Assembly: GCA_963836075.1 (NCBI GenBank)
Contig: CAWIIB010000001.1
Coordinates: 480,001-544,000, forward strand
DNA length: 64,000 nt
Direction: 5' to 3'
Source of the DNA: an uncultured Acidobacteriota bacterium
GTDB lineage: Bacteria > Acidobacteriota > JAQAZP01
Position numbers and translations under genes: made by a program. The stretch's first letter is position 1, and the number at the start of each line of letters is the position of its first letter. Positions 57,648 to 64,000 of the stretch are shown here, piece by piece. A model generated the notes under the pieces. That model saw only the letters and a program-made list of their open reading frames with translations. It was not told the origin of the DNA and did no database searches.

Positions 57648-58204
57648 CCGGACGCCTGACAGCCTGGTGTCTCACCGCCCTGCTGCTGGCCGCCCTGCTG
57701 GCCTTCTGCGGCTGCACGGTGCAGGAAGAGACCGCTTCCGCACCGGCCGACGGCACCACGGTGCTCGACGGCACTGAAGCGCTGAACGGCACCGAAATGC
57801 TGTACGGGGACGATATCGAAGTGCTGGCGGTGGGCCCCGAGCTGACCCGCGGCGAGGAGCGGGGGCGGATGATCTTCCTCCACTTCTGCGCCCACTGCCA
57901 CGGCCCCTCGGGCGCCGGGGACGGCCAGAACTCCTACGGCCTGGAAACGGCTCCCCGGGACCTGCTGGCGGTGGAGATGGATGCCCTGAGCGACGAGCAC
58001 CTGAGGAGGGTGATCACCGATGGGGGCGCCGCCAACGGCCTCTCCCCGCTGATGCCGCCCTGGGGCCACACCCTGGAGCCCCACCGGATCAACGACCTGG
58101 TGGCCCTGATCCGTGTCCTGCCCGATCTGGAAGGATTCGAGGACGAGGATGCCGACATCCCCACCCTGGACGATGACGACGAGATGGACGACTTCAGCCT
58201 CTGA
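57644..58204 (+). CDS. Monoheme cytochrome c, probable lipoprotein
   Basis: LAFCGC lipobox-like; CAHCHG..G.GDG; MPPW distal Met; acidic tail. Confidence 0.85.
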   Translation: MTGRLTAWCLTALLLAALLAFCGCTVQEETASAPADGTTVLDGTEALNGTEMLYGDDIEVLAVGPELTRGEERGRMIFLHFCAHCHGPSGAGDGQNSYGLETAPRDLLAVEMDALSDEHLRRVITDGGAANGLSPLMPPWGHTLEPHRINDLVALIRVLPDLEGFEDEDADIPTLDDDDEMDDFSL

Positions 58205-58871
58205 CCGGTTCCACCCCCTGCCCCACCAGTTTTCCACCGGCATGGGCCTTCATGCGCAAGGCCGCATCGGCGGTGACCTTTTCCAGGTCGTCGCGGGCCA
58301 TCTCGGCCGGGGCAAAAAAGACAAAGAGGATATTGCGGGTCTCATCCCGGATACTGGTGCGCAGCGAGTCGGATGATGGGTTGCCAAAGGGCCCCTCCCC
58401 GTCGCTGAGGATCAGCCGCCCCTCCAGGTTCACCCGGCCCTTGTTGATCCCCTGGTAGCCGTCCCCGGGGCCGCCCAGACCGGCGGACAGCTCCCCGTGG
58501 AGCCGGTCGGTGTCGTAGAGCCCCACCGGCAGGGCCGCTTCCAGCGAGCAGATATTGGCCGTGTCCACCACGGTGTTGATGCGGTAGAGCGGCTTGCCGG
58601 TGATCACCCGGCGCAGCAGCGCCTCGGACGAGGGGCGGTACTTGGTGGGATCGATCCCCACCGCCCGGTAGAGGACCCGGGCCGGCCGGTTGCGGGGGCC
58701 CGCCTCGGCCGGAGTGGCGAACTTATGCTGCAAGCGGGTGCAGAGTTCGTCCAGGTCGAACTCCAGGGAATCCGGCGAGCATTGCGGGTCCACACCCTCC
58801 ATGCGGAACCAGCCCAGGCGAATGGTCCCGGCCAGGGACGGCTCGATGCGCAGCGCTGAGGGTTCACTCAT
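58194..58871 (-). CDS. B3/B4 domain protein (PheRS beta editing-like)
   Basis: GIDPTKYRPSSEALLRR, IN.VVD..N..S, G.YD, GPFG.P.SDS.RT. Confidence 0.88.
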   Translation of the reverse strand: MSEPSALRIEPSLAGTIRLGWFRMEGVDPQCSPDSLEFDLDELCTRLQHKFATPAEAGPRNRPARVLYRAVGIDPTKYRPSSEALLRRVITGKPLYRINTVVDTANICSLEAALPVGLYDTDRLHGELSAGLGGPGDGYQGINKGRVNLEGRLILSDGEGPFGNPSSDSLRTSIRDETRNILFVFFAPAEMARDDLEKVTADAALRMKAHAGGKLVGQGVEPVRG

Positions 58872-59058
58872 CCTCGCTCCTTTTCGTTCACCTCACTCTA
58901 GCGCATCAGTCCCCGGTCCGCCAACTGCCCGCTGCATTGGCGGTGTGAACCGTCTGTGCTAGACTCATCCGGTTCGTATCTGATTGCCGTGTACAGCTGG
59001 AGAGAGACAACCGTAATTGATCGCGACAGATACCAGGTTTGCCGGTGGCAGATGGCGG

Positions 59059-59763
59059 ATGGCGCTGCTCATCGCCATCATCGTCTGCTGCACCGCTCAG
59101 CCGGCCCCGGCCGGTGAGGACGCGGCGGTGACCCTGCTGCGCGACCTGCAGCAGCACCTGGGCGGCCTCACCGACTTCCGGGCCTCGTTCACCCAGCGGC
59201 TGCACACCCCCCACTCGGTCAACGAGCGGGAGGAGAGCGGCGTGCTCTACGTCATGATGCCCGGCCGGATGCGCTGGAACTACCTCGACCCGGAGCGCAA
59301 GGAGTTTATCTGCGACGGCCGGAAGGTCTGGTTCTACGAGCCGGAGGAGAGCGCGGTCACCATCTACAGCGCCGCGATCATCGGCGATAGCGGCACCCCG
59401 CTGCAGCTGCTCTTCGGTCAGGGAGACCTGCTGCGCGACTTCCTGGTCACCGCCGATGACACACCGGTGCGGGCCGAATCCCCGGAGGGGGTGATGGCCC
59501 TGGTGCGCCCCCGGGAGGAGGACGCCGCCTTTGTCCAGGCGCACCTGGAGATGGTGGCCAAGCCGGTGCCGCGGCTGGTACGGCTGATCGTGGTGGACCC
59601 GCTGCGCAACAGCACCGAATACCGTTTTTCCGATTTCAGGGAGAACACCGGACTGTCCGTGGACTATTTCAGTTTCGAACCACCGCCCGGCACCGAGGTC
59701 TGGGAGGAACGGGAAAAGACTCCGGAGACACCGGCGAGCGGTGCACCGGCAAATAGCAATTGA
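59059..59763 (+). CDS. lolA: Outer-membrane lipoprotein carrier LolA
   Basis: Signal peptide; A.FTQ, G......PGRMRW.Y..P, DG..VWFYEP. Confidence 0.85.
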   Translation: MALLIAIIVCCTAQPAPAGEDAAVTLLRDLQQHLGGLTDFRASFTQRLHTPHSVNEREESGVLYVMMPGRMRWNYLDPERKEFICDGRKVWFYEPEESAVTIYSAAIIGDSGTPLQLLFGQGDLLRDFLVTADDTPVRAESPEGVMALVRPREEDAAFVQAHLEMVAKPVPRLVRLIVVDPLRNSTEYRFSDFRENTGLSVDYFSFEPPPGTEVWEEREKTPETPASGAPANSN

Positions 59764-59832
59764 ATTTACGCGCCCCCGGTGATACTATTTTCACTCATTG
59801 CCGCCGGGCGTCGGCCTGCGATCAGTCACGGT

Positions 59833-60828
59833 ATGATACTGAAAGGAAAGATCTTGGAGCTTAGGGAAATATACGGGCTGATCGCTCCCAAGCTCGCTGA
59901 GGTGGAGGCGCGGCTGCTGAGCAATCTCGATTCGGACGTGCCGCTGGTTCCCGAAATCGCCAACTACATCCAGGAGAGTGGCGGCAAAAGGATCCGGCCG
60001 GCGGTCTTCCTGCTGTTCAGCGGTCTCTGCGGCTACCAGGGCGACCGGGACATCCTCTATTCAGCTGTTTTCGAGTGCATCCACACCGCAACCCTGATCC
60101 ACGACGACATCATCGACAGCGCCGAGCTGCGCCGCGGCCGGAACAGCGTCAACACCATCTGGGGCAACAACCTCAGCGTGCTCTTCGGCGACTATCTCTA
60201 CCTCAAGGCCCTCAACTGGTCCCTGGAGGACGAGAGCCTGCGGATCATCAAAATCCTCTCCTCCCTGACCACCGCCATGGTGGAGGGTGAACTGCTGCAG
60301 AGCACGCTCAACGGCAGGCTCGACATCTCGGAGGATGAATACCTGGACATCGTCACCCGGAAGACGGCCAACCTCTTTGCCGCCTGCGGCGACGTGGCCT
60401 CGATCATCGGCGAGTGCTCGGAGGAGCAGGTGGAGGCGCTGCACCACTACGGCCTCAACCTCGGCATGGCCTTCCAGATCACCGACGACCTCCTGGACCT
60501 GGAATCGGAGGCGGAGATCATCGGCAAACCGGTGAACCACGACGTGCTGGACGGCAAGCTGACCCTGCCGCTGATCCGTCTGCTCAAGGTCTGTTCACCG
60601 GAGATCCGGGAGAAGGTCGGCCAGGTGGTGAAGCGCAAACGCTTTGACGACCTGTCCCGCGAGGAGCTGCGCGGCCAGTTGAAAGAACACGGCGTCTTCA
60701 GCACCACCCGGGAGACGGTGGCCGAGTTCTGCCGCAAAGCCACCGAACGGCTGGACGTTTTCGACGACTCGCCCCAGCGCCAGGCCCTGTACACCCTGCC
60801 CGCCATCATTGCCAGCCGCCAGAAGTAG
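59833..60828 (+). CDS. Long-chain polyprenyl diphosphate synthase (IspB/HepT-like)
   Basis: GGKRIRP, LIHDDIID..LRRG, KTA, FQITDDLLD, GK.TLP. Confidence 0.92.
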   Translation: MILKGKILELREIYGLIAPKLAEVEARLLSNLDSDVPLVPEIANYIQESGGKRIRPAVFLLFSGLCGYQGDRDILYSAVFECIHTATLIHDDIIDSAELRRGRNSVNTIWGNNLSVLFGDYLYLKALNWSLEDESLRIIKILSSLTTAMVEGELLQSTLNGRLDISEDEYLDIVTRKTANLFAACGDVASIIGECSEEQVEALHHYGLNLGMAFQITDDLLDLESEAEIIGKPVNHDVLDGKLTLPLIRLLKVCSPEIREKVGQVVKRKRFDDLSREELRGQLKEHGVFSTTRETVAEFCRKATERLDVFDDSPQRQALYTLPAIIASRQK

Positions 60829-60829
60829 A

Positions 60830-60872
60830 AAACCCCGCCCCGGGAACACGATTGTGCCCGGATGCGGGGTTT
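60830..60872. terminator. Hairpin between convergent genes
   Basis: AAACCCCGC...GCGGGGTTT with inner CCGGG / CCCGG. Confidence 0.6.
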
Positions 60873-60888
60873 ATCACGTACGCCTGCA

Positions 60889-62808
60889 TCAGAACCAGCC
60901 GGCCGCAGCAGTGGCTCCGTGGGTCATCCCCTGGTCTCCGAAGGCCTCGAGGGAGAGCCACTCCGATGCCTGCGAACCACTGTACGTGTAAACCTTGACC
61001 CAGGTTCCGGCAGCAGGGTCAGGCCCCTGCCCCACCACGATGTCGTCCCGGCCGTCCCCGTCGAGGTCGGTTCCGGCGAAGACGCTGGCCCCGAACCGGA
61101 CCTCCGCGGACGGCCAGGCAAAGAGGTTGAGACCGGCCATGGCCGTGGCCGTACCGCCGTCCACGTTCCAACCCCGAACGTGCGCACCGAACACCGCCCC
61201 GGGACCCGCCCCGGTGACGATCTCGTCCATGCCGTCGCCATCGATGTCGCCGCAGGTCACGTTGACCCCGAACCTGTTGCTGCCGTATGCCAGGAAACTC
61301 ACGGCACTCATCGCCGCGGCCGGCCCGCCGTCGACGTTCCATCCGCGGACGTGGGGGCCGTATATGGCGCCGGGGCCGGCGCCGGTGACGATCTCGTCAA
61401 AACCGTCGCCGTCCAGGTCGCCGGCAGCCACATTCACGCCCCACTTTGGTGTACCGTAGGCGAAATAATTCACTGTCGCCAAGGCGGTCACCGATCCGGA
61501 TCCATCGTAGTTCCAGCCTCTGACGTGGGGACCGAAGACCGCCCCGGGTCCGGCGCCGGTGATGATCTCGTCAAAGCCGTCACCATCGAAGTCACCGGTC
61601 GAGACGTTCACGCCGTATTTGTTGGTGCCATAGGCCAGGAAGTTCAGCCCGGGGAGCGGCACGGCGTTGTTGTCGTGATACTTGAAACCACGAACGTGCG
61701 GACCGTAGATATCGCCCGGACCGGCACCGCAGAGAATCTCATCCCTCGGGTCGCCACCCAAGTCACCGCAGTTCACGTTGACCCCGTAACTGGACGCGCC
61801 GTATGCCGGGAACTCGTACTCGGGCTCCGCCATGGATTCCGGCGCAAACAGGCGGACCAGGGGCGGGTTGTCCTCCGCCGGGCCGGGACCAACCAGCAGG
61901 CGTGGCAACTCAGTCCGACCGCTGATATCGTAGCGGGAGAAAAAGGTCCAGATTTCCTCGGAGGCATCGATATCGTAGTTCGTTCCGGCGCCGCCGTAAG
62001 CGTTTCCCGGCCAGGTGTGGTCTCCGCCGATCACCTTGAAATGCTCAACGGCGACACCGTTGTCGCCATCGTAGTACACAATATGCTCGACCGTGCTGCC
62101 ATCTTCGGGATCGATATCGGGCAGGGCGGTGATCACAGGTAGCGGGTCGCAGTTGTCGTAGTCGACCCAGTACTCGATCACTTCATCGATCGATTTTGAC
62201 CATACCGTTCCTTCGTAGGGGACGACACTGTCGGCCGTGCCGTGAATCTGAAGGATCGGGGTTGGATGCTGCGGGTTGGCCTCGTCGTAAGTTTCGGGTG
62301 TCATCGAGCCGGTGACCGAGGCAATGGCCGCGAATCTCTCGCTCAGTTGACAGGCCAGCAGGAAACTCATGTACCCGCCATTGGACATGCCGGTGCTGTA
62401 CACCCTCGTCGCATCGATGTTGTACTCCAGCGAAAGAGCGTCGAGCAACGCCTCGGTAAACCCCACGTCGTCCACGGTGCTTCCCGTGGTCCACCCGCCG
62501 ACATTCCAGTGCGTGATGCCGGCAAACAGAGTTCCCTGGGGGTGGACCAACAAAAACCCTTCGCTGTCGGCTATCGGCCGAAAATCGCCGTAGGCCATCT
62601 GCTCACTGGCGGTACTGCCGAATCCGTGAAAGTTGAAGAGCAGCGGTACCGCCGTCGCACCCGTGTAGCCATCCGGGATGTAGAGGATATATTCCCGTTC
62701 GAGATCGTCATGCATGATCGACCCATAGACGGTTTCCTGTGCCGAACCTGGAACGGCTCCGCCGGCAAGCAGAAACATCATCACCACGGCCAGAATCGGT
62801 ATTCGCAT
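60889..62808 (-). CDS. Secreted PHB-depolymerase/LpqC-like esterase with C-terminal FG-GAP repeats
   Basis: FHG, GMSNGG, IHGTAD, GGDH.WP; repeats of AYG....GVNV..GD.DGDG.DEI.TGAGPG...GPHVRG. Confidence 0.88.
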   Translation of the reverse strand: MRIPILAVVMMFLLAGGAVPGSAQETVYGSIMHDDLEREYILYIPDGYTGATAVPLLFNFHGFGSTASEQMAYGDFRPIADSEGFLLVHPQGTLFAGITHWNVGGWTTGSTVDDVGFTEALLDALSLEYNIDATRVYSTGMSNGGYMSFLLACQLSERFAAIASVTGSMTPETYDEANPQHPTPILQIHGTADSVVPYEGTVWSKSIDEVIEYWVDYDNCDPLPVITALPDIDPEDGSTVEHIVYYDGDNGVAVEHFKVIGGDHTWPGNAYGGAGTNYDIDASEEIWTFFSRYDISGRTELPRLLVGPGPAEDNPPLVRLFAPESMAEPEYEFPAYGASSYGVNVNCGDLGGDPRDEILCGAGPGDIYGPHVRGFKYHDNNAVPLPGLNFLAYGTNKYGVNVSTGDFDGDGFDEIITGAGPGAVFGPHVRGWNYDGSGSVTALATVNYFAYGTPKWGVNVAAGDLDGDGFDEIVTGAGPGAIYGPHVRGWNVDGGPAAAMSAVSFLAYGSNRFGVNVTCGDIDGDGMDEIVTGAGPGAVFGAHVRGWNVDGGTATAMAGLNLFAWPSAEVRFGASVFAGTDLDGDGRDDIVVGQGPDPAAGTWVKVYTYSGSQASEWLSLEAFGDQGMTHGATAAAGWF

Positions 62809-63328
62809 GACTTTTCCCTTCCTGCTTTCCCGGTGTATCTCTCCTGTTACTCTATTCGTCACCTACCATCCCACAGAGACCCCCGGAAATGCAAATGCGG
62901 GGCGACACCGAGGCGCTCATCAACACGTAATCGGCTTCCCCGGCTCTCCGTTCAGCCCCTGAGCGGGATTGGTGGCCGTCGGGTATTGAGCCAAAGAATC
63001 CCTACTCAGGCACCTTGACTGAGGAATAGGTTTTCCCCTAATCTTGAGCAAAATTCCTCGATCAGCAGTTCGGTCAATTGACCATGCTCATATTTTGCGC
63101 ATGGTCCATACGTTATTTGTACAGTATTCGTGAGAAGTGAACAGTCCGGAAATTCGATAAATTTCATTAAGGCCAATTGTTTCATATATATATTACCGAC
63201 ATTAGAAGAATGGCATGGAAATCGCTTTACTGAGGTGATGTGATCGATCGAACGGGAGATGGCCGTGACGGCGGGCCCCCACCACACACCGGGAGGCGGG
63301 GATTGCCGGGGAATTGCAGGGAGGCATC

Positions 63329-64000
63329 ATGGAAGCGCTGCTGATCTTGTTCCTGTTCGCCCTTTTGGCCGTGCTTGTGGTTGGCGGAATCTGCGGGATC
63401 GTGGCCCTGCAGAAGGTGTCCACCCTTCGCCGGACGATCAGGATTATCGAGGGCGAAGTCGATTCCCAGGAGCACAAACTGCGCCGGCTGGCCCAACGGG
63501 TGGCCCACAACCATGATACTGCTGACACGGAACCCGCCTCCGAACAGGACGCCGGGCAGGTTCCTCCGTTCCGTCCTCCGGGCGAGCACGAAACCGCGTC
63601 TCCCTCCCCGGAGGATGTGAGCCCTGTCGGGGAACCGGTGGGGCCTCCTCCCCCGGAGCCGCCGCAACCGCCTTCAGCGGAAAGCCCGCGCCTCTCCCTG
63701 GAGTTCATCCTCGGCACCCGTTGGTTCGTCTGGGTGGGGGTAGTTCTGCTCCTCGTCTCCGCCGTGCTCTTCGTCAAGTACGCCTACGATAATGCATGGA
63801 TCGGCCCCCAGGGGCGGCTGGCCATCGGCACGGTGGCCGGAGTGGTGGCCCTGGTTCTGGGGCAGCACTTCCGCCGCCGGGAGTACCAGGTCCTCTTCCA
63901 GAGCCTCACCGGCTGCGGCATCGGCCTCTTCTACATCTGCATCTTTGCCGCCTTCGCGCTGTTCGGGCTGGCCGGCCAGTCCACCGCCATGGTTCTGGCC
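63329..64000 (+). CDS. DUF2339-like membrane protein, 5' part (runs off the window end)
   Basis: Manual translation from ATG 63329 (GGGAGG RBS): TM helix, Pro-rich linker, LEFILGTRWFVWVG...FVKYAYDN.WIGP..R. Confidence 0.8.
   Translation, partial: MEALLILFLFALLAVLVVGGICGIVALQKVSTLRRTIRIIEGEVDSQEHKLRRLAQRVAHNHDTADTEPASEQDAGQVPPFRPPGEHETASPSPEDVSPVGEPVGPPPPEPPQPPSAESPRLSLEFILGTRWFVWVGVVLLLVSAVLFVKYAYDNAWIGPQGRLAIGTVAGVVALVLGQHFRRREYQVLFQSLTGCGIGLFYICIFAAFALFGLAGQSTAMVLA

Noticed and set aside
60950-61800. ~180-bp periodic DNA repeats as a CRISPR array
   Set aside because: They are coding FG-GAP repeats with codon-level divergence and no repeat-spacer pattern.
62870-63290. AT-rich intergenic stretch with a small ORF (63006-63287) or possible ncRNA
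   Set aside because: No recognisable family, RBS or conserved fold; more likely a divergent promoter region.

Overview
High-GC, gene-dense chromosomal window from a diderm bacterium (LolA, outer-membrane beta-barrel). An Acidobacteriota-like anaerobe is plausible from the FG-GAP-tailed secreted protein and the peptide-catabolism genes, but this is inference only. The window holds about 52 CDS. Housekeeping genes include ackA, nrdJ with tandem NrdR boxes, tldD/E, aroC, miaA, yqgF, mltG, ribBA, lolA and a polyprenyl synthase. There are also peptide-utilisation genes (tricorn protease, M20 peptidase, OPT transporter, threonine dehydrogenase), four radical SAM genes and a surface-glycosylation-like block. 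The most notable feature is a 7-gene operon at 51.0-58.2 kb: a Cyc2-like monoheme cytochrome-porin, a periplasmic type-1 copper protein, Rieske, split cytochrome b/subunit IV (APWY motif), an octaheme cytochrome c and a monoheme cytochrome c. Together these suggest an outer-membrane-to-quinone electron conduit. Other oddities are a frameshifted acnB, a Cys-less thioredoxin lipoprotein, a degenerate exonuclease-GIY-YIG fusion coupled to an orphan SbcD, a low-GC radical SAM/methyltransferase cassette flanked by 13-bp direct repeats, and two families of palindromic intergenic elements. No rRNA, tRNA, CRISPR array or transposase was recognised. All calls come from motif recognition by eye, without database searches.
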